Of a stretch of 64,000 nt of DNA, positions 53,526 through 64,000 are shown one piece after another. The notes beneath the pieces were generated by a model. The model made no database searches. It was not told where the DNA came from and saw only the letters and a program-made list of their open reading frames with translations. Position 1 is the stretch's first letter. Each line of letters opens with the position of its first letter. A program made the translations under genes and the position numbers. The stretch spans positions 6,262,001 through 6,326,000 of the forward strand of contig NC_043013.1 of assembly GCF_006345805.1 (NCBI RefSeq), given 5' to 3'. The DNA is from Octopus sinensis. Its lineage: Eukaryota.

Positions 53526-53902
53526 GGAAAAAAAAATATATATACATATTCACACACACACACATATATATATACACATACATATATATCCATAAGAGCA
53601 CCCACTACACTCTCAGGATGGTTGGCGTTAGGAAAGGTATCCAACTGTAGAAAACCATATCAAATCAGACTGGAGTCTGGTGCAGCCCTCAGCTTACCAG
53701 CCCTGGTCAAACTGTCCAACCCATGCCAGCATGGACAACGGATGTTAAATGATGATGATGATATACACATACATATATGCACACACATACACACACAAAA
53801 AAAAATAAAAAACATGAGAAAAACACAAAGCTGGAAACAACAACCTTCAACAAACTATAAAAATCAAGAAAAACCTTTTTGGCTTCATTTTGTTTGTCTT
53901 AC

Positions 53903-54021
53903 CGAAAGAGATAATCAATGATTTTATGTTTTGGTTTTACGAGAGTGTCATAGACAGTTTCTAGTTTCTCATTAACTAAGGAGACACGCGTTAAAGAGTA
54001 GACACCATCAGAGGTTTTACA
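53903..54021 (-). CDS. REXO5: REXO5-like exon e: CKTSDGVYSLTRVSLVNEKLETVYDTLVKPKHKIIDYLF(R)
   Basis: ttttcag acceptor, CG|gtaaga donor; LTRVS..YDTLVKP..I.DYL conserved block; phase 0->2. Confidence 0.95.
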
Positions 54022-54071
54022 CTGAAAATTGAACAAGACATTTAATTATTTACATGTAGATAAATACAAAG

Positions 54072-54106
<35 letters not shown>

Positions 54107-54109
<3 letters not shown>

Positions 54110-54237
54110 GGTGTCCCAAAAAAATGTATACACACCTTAAATAATTGTAAATTTGTTATTCTTTGTAAGCCTAGTACTTATTCTATCATTCTCTTTTGCC
54201 GAACCACTATGTGTATACATTTTTTGGGGACACCCTG
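54107..54237. mobile_element. Tc1/mariner-type MITE with ~28-bp TIRs and TA flanks
   Basis: CAGGGTGTCCCAAAAAAATGTATACACA ... TGTGTATACATTTTTTGGGGACACCCTG; interior carries a SINE-A fragment. Confidence 0.85.
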
Positions 54238-54884
54238 TATATATTTATAAATAAATAAAGAAGCAGAAATGGGCAGCTCGAAGCAATGTTACATGCATTT
54301 CGATAGTCTGGTTGTTTATTCAACAATGCAAAATATTATGTGATATAATTTTATATAATTGCATAACCACACCATTTCATCAGGCAATATCCAGTTTTTT
54401 ATCAGCATGATCAAATTAATCTATGGAGAGAACTACATTTGAAGATAAAGATCTATTGAAATTAAGATTTGTTTTTAGAAAAAAAAATAACACAAATTTC
54501 TTGAAAGGAGAAAGAATTATATCTAGTCAAATCATTGTGCTGGTAATGGCAGCTAAATTCGTGAATACAGATTTGACAAGGGAGTGGCTAGTATGGCCAT
54601 ATTGCTTACTGAATGAATGCATTCCACAGCCCAAAGTTTCTTAAAGAACACAAATGCCAATATATTATTCAACAGTCAACAAGGTAGCATTTCGAGCCAC
54701 TATACAGACAACTTTTACATGCTACAAATAGTCATAACATCAATCAAAATATACCAATCATAAGTCATAACATCAATCAAAATATATCATCATAAGCTCT
54801 GCTTACTGTAAGTGAAAACATATATACAAACATACCATCACACATGCTAACACACAAGAAATATATATATATATGTATCATCAT

Positions 54885-55960
54885 CATCATCGTTACCATC
54901 ATCATTTAATGTCTGTTATCCATGCTGGCATGGGTTGGATGGTTTGACCAGAGCTGGCAAGCTAAGGGGCTGTAACAGATTCCAGTCTCATTTGGTGTGG
55001 TTGTGGTTTCTATGGCTGGATGCCCTTCCTAATGCCAACAACTCCAAGAGTGTACTGGGTGCTTTTATGTGCCACTGGCATAGGTGTCAGTTACATGACA
55101 CAAGTATCTGCCACAACTATGATTTCACTTGGCTCCAGGGGTCTTCTTCTCAAGCACAGAATATTGCCAAAGGTCTTGCTCATTTGTCATTGCCTCCATG
55201 AGGCCCAACACTCGAAAGGTACTTTTCATGTACCATCAGCACAGGTGCTAGTTATGCGATACCAGCATTGGACACGTTTCCTTTGAGAGGCTCAATGCTC
55301 AATAGGTGCTTTTTTATGTCACCGGCATAGGTGCCACTTATCCGACACCAGCATTGACCACATTGCCTCCATGAGGCCCAACACTTGGAAGGTGCTTTTT
55401 ACGTATATCTAAATAAATATATACATACGCACACATACACACACAAACATCATCATCATCGTTTAACGTCTATTTTCCATGCTAGCATGGGTTGGACGAT
55501 TTGACTGAGGTCTGGCGAACCAGATGGCTGCACCAGACTCCGATCTGATCTGGCAGAGTTTCTACAGCTGGATGCCCTTCCTAACACCAACCACTCTGAG
55601 AGTGTAGTGGGTGCTTTTATGTGCCACCGGTACGAGGGCCAATCAGGTGGTACTGGCAATAGCCACGCTCAAATAGTGCTTTTTACGTGCCACCTGCACA
55701 GGAGCCAGACCAGCGGCACTGGCAATGACCTCGCTCAAATGCTTTTTCACGTCCCACCAGCACAAGTGCCAGTAAGGTGACGCATGTAACGATCACACTC
55801 GAATGGTGTTTTTTACGTGCCACCGGCATGAAGGCCAGCTTGTTGCAACGATCACACTCGTATGGTACTCTTAGTGCTCCACTAGCACAGATGCCAGTCA
55901 TCAAATTTGATTTTGATTTCGATTTCACTTGCCTCAACAGGTCTTTGCAAGCAGTGGCCT
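54885..55960 (-). mobile_element. Two adjacent RTE 3' UTR elements (54885-55400, 55450-55960)
   Basis: (CAT)n tails and family body with internal repeats. Confidence 0.8.
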
Positions 55961-55964
55961 GGTA

Positions 55965-56235
55965 CTTATTATATTGGTCTCTTTTGCTGAACTGCTACAT
56001 TTCAGGGATGTAAACATGCCAACACCGGTTGTCAAGCGATGGTGGGAGATCAAACACGGACACAATGACACAAACATAGACAGGCTTCTTTCAGTTTCTA
56101 TCTACCAAATCCACTCACAAAGCTTTAGTCGGTCTGAGGCTATAGTAGAAGACACTCGCCCAAGGTGCCATGCAGTGGGACTGAACCTAAAACCATGTGG
56201 CTGGGAAGCAAGTTTCTTACCACACAGTCATACCT
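55965..56235 (-). mobile_element. SINE-A copy
   Basis: Family match. Confidence 0.75.
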
Positions 56236-56324
56236 GCATCTACAAAGAAAACACATTCACACATACAGCATGATACAAACACAAAAAACACAAACACACA
56301 CACACAGCACTATACAAACGCATA

Positions 56325-56364
<40 letters not shown>

Positions 56365-56476
56365 GACACAAATACAAAAACAAGCTGCTCTAGAAGAGAA
56401 TGAAATGACATTTATGTTGGCAGCTTTCATTCAGTAACCAAATGCAAATGATAATGTTGTTGCTGTAAATACTCAC

Positions 56477-56562
56477 CATTTCACAGTCCAGACCAAATAT
56501 GGGGCTTTTATCTGTAACTTTTTCATAGCTTTCTTTGGAAAAAATATAATCATCGTAAAAGC
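56477..56562 (-). CDS. REXO5: REXO5-like exon d: GFYDDYIFSKESYEKVTDKSPIFGLDCEM (Exo I motif)
   Basis: ttctttag acceptor, ATG|gtgagt donor; SPxFGLDCEM DEDDh Exo I. Confidence 0.95.
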
Positions 56563-56659
56563 CTAAAGAATTAGAAGGAAATACCATTTCTCAGAATCAA
56601 ATAAACAAACATTTAAGCCAAAAAAGAATAGACTGAAATTCTATCACATTCATTCTTAA

Positions 56660-56880
56660 CCCTTTCGTTACCAATCCGGCTGAAACCAACTCTGGCTCTG
56701 AGTACAAATATCTTGTTTTCATAAGTTTTGAATTAAAATCTCCCACCAAATCTTAGTCACAATTCAGGTTCCTAACACTAGCTTAATGATAAGTAAGATA
56801 TTTTACTAAATTCTTTGTTATATTTAAAATTAATTGAAAGAAGCACAGAGCATCTCAACAGAAATATGGTAACAAAAGGG
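56660..56880. mobile_element. piggyBac-type MITE, family P1, copy 1
   Basis: TTAA|CCCTTTCGTTACC ... GGTAACAAAAGGG|TTAA. Confidence 0.9.
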
Positions 56881-56900
56881 TTAACAAATGATTAATTTAA

Positions 56901-57118
56901 CCCTTTCGTTACCAATCTGACTGAAACCACCTCTGGCTCTAAGTACAAATATCTTTTCATAAGTTTTGAATTAAAATTTTCCCCCAAATCTTAGTTACAA
57001 TTTATGTTCCTAACACTAGCTGAATGATAACTAAGTTATTTTAGTAAATTCTTTGTTATATTTAAAATTAATTGAAAGAAACACAGAGCTTCTCAAAATA
57101 AATACAGTAACGAAAGGG
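56901..57118. mobile_element. piggyBac-type MITE, family P1, copy 2 (tandem)
   Basis: TTAA|CCCTTTCGTTAC ... GTAACGAAAGGG|TTAA. Confidence 0.9.
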
Positions 57119-58304
57119 TTAACTAAACATAGAAAATATATTATACATTACAGACTATTACGGGTATGGAGAGGGTACTGGAAACATGGAGTGACGACTG
57201 AGCCCTGCATAATTACGAGCTGCCCTTTGGCAAGACAGAGTACCCATTCAACCGCCCTGCCAAAGGTATGGCAAAGTTGTGGGACTGCAGTATGGCAGAC
57301 TGTGAAGAGGCAGTAGAGGAGCACATCTGTGCCAATGGTGCCCCTTACACTGATGCCAAGCAGAGAAATCCTAGATCAACAGCTTGGATCACTAAGCTCT
57401 TATCAAGAGAGTAACTGAAATGCATCCATAAGCTCCTACTTCGAATATGAATAATAGAACTCATACCATCAGTCCAACCCATGCCAGCATGGAAAATGGA
57501 CATCAAATGGTGATGATGATGGTGATGAGGATGATAATGATGATAGTGGTGGTGGTAGTGACAGAGTTACTGGAATCCATACAAGCAGTGTGAAAGGATG
57601 ATGACTACAAACTGTAGTCCAGGGGTTGGCGAACCTTTTTAACCAGTTACCCCAAAATATATTTATTTATGCCAGCATTACTCCCTTTATTTGAAAGGAA
57701 GAAAATCATAGATTCTTTGAATTTAAAATGTATTGCAAAAATAGTCTCCTAAACACGTCCATTACATTGGACAGATGCAATGTTGCCAGAAGAAAAATCT
57801 CTGTCATGACAAGGAACACATTTCTTATATAATTATACTTATGTCTAATGATTCCTCATTACCACCAGGAATTTCATTTTTACCCACTTGGGGTAATTTA
57901 CCCTGGTTCACCAGCCCCTGCTCTAGACTATCTCAACAAAATTCTACTGGGGCGGTGACAGAACTGTTCAACATACAGCAGCTTGGAGAAGTGTCTTGTA
58001 TTATAGCTTTGGGCTATCAAAAGCTTTATGAATGGATTTGGTGAAGAGAAACTGAAAGATGACAGTTATGTGTGTGTGTGTGTGTCTGTATAAATATATA
58101 AATGCTGAAATGAGTCATTGCTGCAGTATTCAAATGCTTTTCAAGGCTCAAAAGCCATTTAAGATCTCACACTAGGAAACAGCAATTATAGGTACAAGAA
58201 GAGGCCAAGCTCTGCAAGGAGCAGACAGCCCCAATGTACAAATGTATATATATAACTCCTTATATTGAACTCTACTATTTTCCTCTATTTAACCTTCTCA
58301 CATC

Positions 58305-58352
58305 GTCTCTGATGAAAGGATATCCCTAATATCCCAGAAACAGCTGTAAGAC
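58305..58352 (+). ncRNA. Minimal type-I hammerhead-like motif in a Penelope-like terminal repeat
   Basis: GTCT-CTGATGA-A-AGGATAT/ATATCCC-A-GAAAC-AGCT-GTA-AGAC. Confidence 0.5.
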
Positions 58353-58460
58353 TAACTTTCTCCTTATAAATGTCCTGAAATTTCCACACAGCCTTGGCTT
58401 TGTTGCCTCATATAATTTAACATATATATACATACATACATACATACATACATACACACA

Positions 58461-58524
<64 letters not shown>

Positions 58525-58530
<6 letters not shown>

Positions 58531-58732
58531 AATATGTTACATTACTTGGTAGTCAAGATAAAACTCTGAGTTTCAGATGCCGAAGTGGAAATCCACAACA
58601 CCATCTCTTCGGTTATCTGGCTATATTGCAGTGAAGCCAGATAACCGAAGAGATGGTGTTGTGGATTTCCACTTCGGCATCTGAAACTCAGAGTTTTATC
58701 TTGACTATCGAGTAATGTAACATATTATTGTA
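58525..58732. repeat. Near-perfect inverted repeat: 98-bp arms, 12-nt loop, 2 mismatches
   Basis: 58525-58622 vs reverse complement of 58635-58732. Confidence 0.97.
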
Positions 58733-58802
58733 AAGATAAATTTCCTCTATTTACATAATATTGAGGTCTCTTTCTTTCTTTTGTTATCTTACCGTTTCAC
58801 CA

Positions 58803-58834
<32 letters not shown>

Positions 58835-59301
58835 TGTATACACACACACATATAGATCAATCTGTAAATTTTGGTAGAAGGCCAGTAATTTTGAGAGGAA
58901 GGGCAAATCACTTTCACCAACCTCATTGGGATAAAAGGCATTGCTGACTTTGCCAAAATTTGAACTTAAAAAGTACAGCCAGAAGAGATTCCGTTAAGCA
59001 CTGTATCTGATGCACTAACGGTTCTGCAATTTCACTGCCTAAATAATTATAATAATGGTTTCAAATTTTGGCAAAAGGCCAACAGCATTGGGAGAAGCAG
59101 GCAAGTCACTTACATGGGCCCTGGTACTTAACTGATACTTTATTTTATCAACCCTGAAAGAATGAAAGAAAAGGTCAACCCCAGCAGAATTTGAACTCAA
59201 AGCAATAAAGAACTGAAAGAAAAGTCACTCGGCATTTTGTCTGATGTGCTGACGAGTCTACCAGCTTAACAACAACTATGAATAATAAAATTAATACATA
59301 C

Positions 59302-59460
59302 CCCATTTGCTTTTGATTGGCAAGGGGTAGTTTTCTCTTGCCATTTGTAGAAGGTTTAGTAGGAGTAGCGTTCGTGGGAATGCATCTATAGTGTTTGGAC
59401 TGACAGATGAAACCTTGTTCTGAATAGCTTTTTGAAACAGATTCTTTTGGTGTTTTTTTG
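59302..59460 (-). CDS. REXO5: REXO5-like exon c: ...NTIDAFPRTLLLLNLLQMARENYPLPIKSKW
   Basis: atttacag acceptor, G|gtatgt donor; phase 1->1; FPRT-LLL-QM-ENYPLP motif precedes the nuclease domain in this family; the frame differs from the supplied ORF track. Confidence 0.9.
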
Positions 59461-60054
59461 CTGTAAATGCGAAAAAACAAAAATTTCATTTTTACTTTCA
59501 GTTAAAACATATTTCATAATAAATGATGTAATTATTTCGAATATGTATATCGTTGTTATTATGCAAAAGTACCGTAAGCCCAAAACGTTGCTTTTTCAGA
59601 AAATGGAAAAATAGTTTTACCATTCCATAGCAAAACTGTTGTACTACACTTTGACAACTTTTGATATCTTGGCATCTGAAGTAGTTGGAAATACGACAGT
59701 GTGACCAAAAGAACCGGCTATTGCAAAGGAAAATAAATATTGAAAAAAAAACACATTTGGCCAAATTTGGACATAAGACAGTTTAACATAATAGCAACGA
59801 TATATATATGGCATTACTCCTGGATAGCCAAAACCAACATGTTATACAAACGAAAAGGGCATGGCTGTGTGGTTAGGGAGCTTGCTTCCTAGCTACATGG
59901 TTTCGGGTTCAGTCCCACTATAGCCCCAAGCCGACTAAAGCTTTGTGATTGAATTCGGTAGGCAGAAGTTACTGCCGTGTGTGTATGTGTGCGTATAGCT
60001 GCTCAGTGCCTCTCCGAAAGAGAGAGAGGGGATATACACATACACACATATTAA

Positions 60055-60277
60055 CCCTTTAGCATTCATATTAATGTCAAGTTTAATGCTTATCTATTCA
60101 TATTTTTAAAAATTAATTATGTATCATCTTGCAGCTTTGAGGTTTCAATGATGTCATTGTTTATTTTTAGAATGACATTGTAGGGTAGGTGTGAGAGGCC
60201 AGATCTGGATGGTTTGAACATAAAACAGATAAAATATTTGGTCAGATACAGATATGGCTGATTTGAGTGCTAAAGGG
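60055..60277. mobile_element. piggyBac-type MITE, family P2
   Basis: TTAA|CCCTTTAGCA ... TGCTAAAGGG|TTGA; partial opposite-orientation copy at ~63808-64000. Confidence 0.75.
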
Positions 60278-60865
60278 TTGATGCTCGTTTTTATGTTAAT
60301 TTACTTATAAGAATAATTCAACAGAAAACCGAAATATCATTCATTAATTTTTAGTAAAGTACATATTTATTGACTTTTACAAGTCGTCGTCATCATACAA
60401 GCAATCTTTGTTTGTTTCCAATCTTCTATGAAGAACATGTCCATCCATGGGGAAATATTACCTTACTTGGAAACAGGTGAGAGTTGGCGACAGGTAGGGG
60501 CATAGAAGGGCTGGAGAAAAATCTGCCTCAACAAGTTCATTAAATTCCATCCGACCCATGAAAGCATGGAAAAGTGGATGATAAAACAATGATGATGATA
60601 TAACCAATTATACAAAAGCTGAAGCATGTCTTCGACAATTCCGAAGCATATTGAAATTATTTGGTGTGACTTTTGGCCCACCCTGAACAATGACTGTGGC
60701 AACAGTAAGGTTTGAACTTACAATACTGGTGCCAGTAGTCCACAAACTTAACCTCACAGCCATTAAAAAAAAAAACAAAAAAAAAAACAGTTGAAACATT
60801 AATTACATGGAAATGACAACAAAAAAAAAAAGAAAAAAGAAATGAGAAACATAGTTGACACATAC

Positions 60866-60962
60866 TGCCATACTTGAAGAGTTGAATGCTGTTTATTTGG
60901 ACCTTGAAGAATTCACACTCTGTGCTAATTCCAAACTGAGCTGAACTTATCACTTCTGTAGC
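60866..60962 (-). CDS. REXO5: REXO5-like exon b: ATEVISSAQFGISTECEFFKVQINSIQLFKYG
   Basis: ttcttacag acceptor, A|gtatgt donor; phase 0->1; this is the only stop-free frame. Confidence 0.8.
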
Positions 60963-61311
60963 CTGTAAGAAATTCACAAAGAAGACATTTGAACCAGAGA
61001 CTTTTATAATATTTATTTCTTTATTGCTCACAGGTGGGGGGGGGGGCTAAACATAGAGGGAACAAACAAGGACAGACAAAGGGATTAAGTAGATTACATC
61101 AATCTCAGTACATGACTGGTACTTATTTAATCGACTCCCGAAAGGATGAAAGGCAAACAATGAAGAAGGGCCCTCTCTGTGGTTATTTAACCTCCTAGAA
61201 AGAACAGCTTAAAACAAAGACAGGATGGTCATGGTGAGAATGCTCTTCATTTATTGGTCTGCAAAAGTCAGGGCTAATTTGGTGGGGGCTAAACAACAAT
61301 AAACAACAAAC

Positions 61312-61438
61312 CTTATTAAAATCTCTGCACACATTTGGGAAACAGCTGTGATATTTCTTGAAGTCTTTGATGCTGACAGATTTCAAAACTATGACAAAAG
61401 TGGAAGAGATCAATTGGCTGTATTTCAGTTCACACCAC
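61312..61438 (-). CDS. REXO5: REXO5-like exonuclease, coding exon a (most 5' exon found): (R)WCELKYSQLISSTFVIVLKSVSIKDFKKYHSCFPNVCRDFNK
   Basis: ttttcag acceptor, AAG|gtttgt donor; phase 2->0 joins the next exon; resembles the N-terminal 'xWC..VV' block of REXO5/Rex1-like proteins. Confidence 0.8.
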
Positions 61439-61848
61439 CTGAAAATATAACAGATCAATTTATTAATAACAAAAGCACTCATAGAACGCAGACCTTCACC
61501 AAGGCAACACCAACATCCTCTCAACGATTAGCCAGAGATGATTTTTAAAATGGGAATATCTGAAATAAGCTCGATTGCTCTCACAAACGAGAATACTAAA
61601 TATGAACCTGACTGCTCTCAAAAATCAAGTAAAAAAAACAGGAAAAATAATCCAGAATCCTTGTCCGGTACCAGATTGATCCCAAAATCTAATCCGTTCA
61701 CTTCAGTCACGAGGCCATACATTCCTGAAAGTTTCATCCAAATCCATCCAGCAGTTCTTGAGATATCTTGTCCACGGTCAGACAAACAAGCAAATACAAG
61801 TGAAAACAATACCTCCACCTTAGTGAAGGTGGAGGTAATAACAACAAT

Positions 61849-62440
61849 AATAATCCTTTCTACTATATGCACAAGGCCTGAGATTTTTGGGGGAGGGGAT
61901 AAGTCGATTACATCAACCCCAGTGTGTAACTGGTACTTATTTCATCGACCCCGAAAGGATGAAAAGTGAAACCAGCTTTGGCAGAATCTGAACTCAGAAT
62001 ATACTTTTCTACTCTAGGCACAAAGCCTGATATTTTAGGGGATGGGGACCAATCGATTAGATCAACACCAGTATAAAACTGGTACTTAATTTATCAACCC
62101 TGAAAGGATGAAAGGCAAAGTCGACCTCAGTGGAATTTGAGCTCAGAATATAAAGACAGACGAAATACCACTAAGCATTTCACCCGGCATGCTAACGTTT
62201 CTGCCAGCTGGCCTTAAATTATATTCTTTTCTATTGTAGGTACAAGGCCTGAAATTTCTGGGGAGGGGTCAGTCGATTAGATCGACCCCAGCATGCAACT
62301 GGTACTTAATTTATCGACCCTGAAAGGTTGAAAGGCAAAGTCGACCTTGGTGGAATTTGAACGCAGAGCATAAAGGCAGATGAAATGCTGCTAAGCATTT
62401 TGCCTGGTGTGCTAACAATTTTGCCAGCTGACCACCTTTA
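61849..62440 (-). mobile_element. Three tandem SINE-B variant copies
   Basis: Repeated tttctact..cacaaggcctga..aactggtact..gaaaggatgaaag blocks. Confidence 0.8.
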
Positions 62441-62450
62441 TAATAATAAA

Positions 62451-62991
62451 TGCCCTGATGCAATACCAGACGGTGGCACTCATGGCTTCAGACATTAACT
62501 GACTGGAAGTGTTATCATGTACATGCTCTGTCTTAGTGTAAAAGATGGGCTACAACAAATACTCTGCTCAATACAGATTTGCTTGTCAGTTGCTTGATCA
62601 TAAGCAGTCGAGTATGTCCCTTAGTGCCTGATGATATGTGCATCTATGATCACAAGCAGGAGTAGTGGAAGGGCATTATAACCATGTTATTGAGAGGAAT
62701 TCTTTGGTGTTTGAATAAGTCACCTTTGGAAACACAGTAGTTTCATTCATCATCCTTAAACAACCCTTATTCAGGGAACTTTTGAGCAGGATTGGCTACT
62801 TGACTTAAAGAAAATTCTAACTGGGCCCCACCATCTGCAAGGTCATGTGTTGTTTATCTTGATACAAAATCACCATGTTGCACACATGGTTGTGATGCAT
62901 GTGCCTGGTGTACCCTTATCAGATGGATATATTAGGCTTCATATATTCATACCCCAGCATCACTTTGATGGCATGTGTTGCTCGCTTGCTC
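62451..62991 (+). mobile_element. E560 copy 5 (diverged)
   Basis: Starts TGCCCTGATGCAATA after (AAT)n; ends ..CTC-AATAAATAAT. Confidence 0.85.
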
Positions 62992-63329
62992 AATAAATAA
63001 TAACATGAAGAAAATGAGGAAGGAACAAAGAAAACATTACATAGAAAAAAATTATAAGAGATACAGAAGAAATGAGAAGTATTGAATCTTGGAAATAGAT
63101 ACAAAATGGCTTTTTGAAGAAAGAAATACAAGGGTTGGTATTTGCACCCTGCAAACTGTCGTAAAAGTTGAATGAAGAAAAATATCAATAGCGAAAGTGC
63201 ATCAGAAAAGTGTAACTGTGTAATGAAAGCGGCAAGTTAATCTTCCAGTTAACATCAGAATGGCCAAAAATAGCACCAACGGAATATAAGTTCAGACATG
63301 ATGATGAAGTCTGGATCATCCATCTAAAA

Positions 63330-63500
63330 AAAGCTATGTTAGAAAAATGGTCTTATAGGTGAGTTCAGATGGAATAACCACAAACAACAAATAGTCAAGG
63401 AAAATACCAATGTTAAAATCTGGGACTGTAACATAAAGTCTGCCCATGTGACAGAACACAGAAGGATCTAGGAGTAGTGGTGACTTAAGGGTGGTAACCC
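63330..63500 (+). mobile_element. Possible CR1-group LINE fragment
   Basis: Degenerate ..E.DLGVVV-like peptide. Confidence 0.3.
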
Positions 63501-64000
63501 CGTACTAACCAAAACCCTTGAACTCCTAAGCTGGGACCTCAATACTGAATGTAGTTTAATGTCTTATCTCCAAGACAAATTACAGTATAAGCAGATATCT
63601 TCAGTTTCCAGATCAAGCAAATATCTCTCACAGCTCAATCAATGTTTGTGACCGTGTGTACTTTCGACATGGCAGTTTCTAAACGTTTTTGATTACTTCT
63701 AACCGTAAACCAGATTTGTAATATAATCAAGATTTGAGAATGGCATGAACATTTTGAAATCTAACCACCTGAAAGTAGTCATGTTCTATCACTAAAGCTT
63801 ATTTTTAACCATCTAGCATTTTAACCGACCATATCCGGCCCAAATATTCTACCTTTTTTTTGTGGAGAAAATGACTAAATCTGGCCTATCACACCTATTC
63901 TACAATGTAATTCTGAAAACAATCATCATTGAAAATTCAAAATTTGAAATGATTAATTCAAAACAATTTGAATAATTAAATCTTATATTTGACAGAATAA

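Noticed and set aside
59175-59489. Supplied 104-aa ORF as the coding frame
   Set aside because: The conserved REXO5 motif lies in a different frame bounded by splice sites (59302-59460).
61538-61969. 143-aa ORF
   Set aside because: Composed of repeat-derived sequence running into a SINE-B copy; no recognisable domain.
61440-64000. Upstream REXO5 exon(s) and start codon
   Set aside because: Candidate acceptors at ~61560 and ~63770 hit stops in all usable frames; the 5' end is unresolved or outside the window.

Overview
Repeat-dense eukaryotic genomic DNA. The repeat families and microsatellite load resemble a coleoid cephalopod (Octopus-like); this is inferred from recognition, not from a search. 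The right half holds a minus-strand multi-exon DEDDh 3'-5' exoribonuclease gene of the REXO5/NEF-sp (Rex1-like) type. Eleven GT-AG coding exons with consistent phases were traced by hand from 61438 down to a TAA stop at 37221 (1483 nt, about 493 codons), with intact DCE / HSLNFD / GHNSVEDA motifs; the 5' exon(s) were not found. The rest is mostly mobile DNA: R4/Dong-type RLE LINEs sitting in (AAT)n, a Tx1/L1-like relic, CR1-group and RTE relics, a near-intact mariner, a deleted mariner, piggyBac/hAT/Tc1 MITEs, two DINE-1/Helentron-like elements, several tRNA-derived SINE families, a 37-bp minisatellite in two inverted arrays, and a 5.7-kb almost GC-free block. The most interesting signals are: (i) minimal hammerhead-ribozyme-like motifs in at least four unrelated repeats, including a tRNA-headed SINE-like element found head-to-head; (ii) a 555-bp fixed-end non-coding element that always sits in (AAT/GAT)n; (iii) long near-perfect foldbacks, one inside a REXO5 intron; (iv) inverted minisatellite arrays bracketing one REXO5 exon. 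Exon, TIR and TSD coordinates were counted by hand; most repeat boundaries are approximate.
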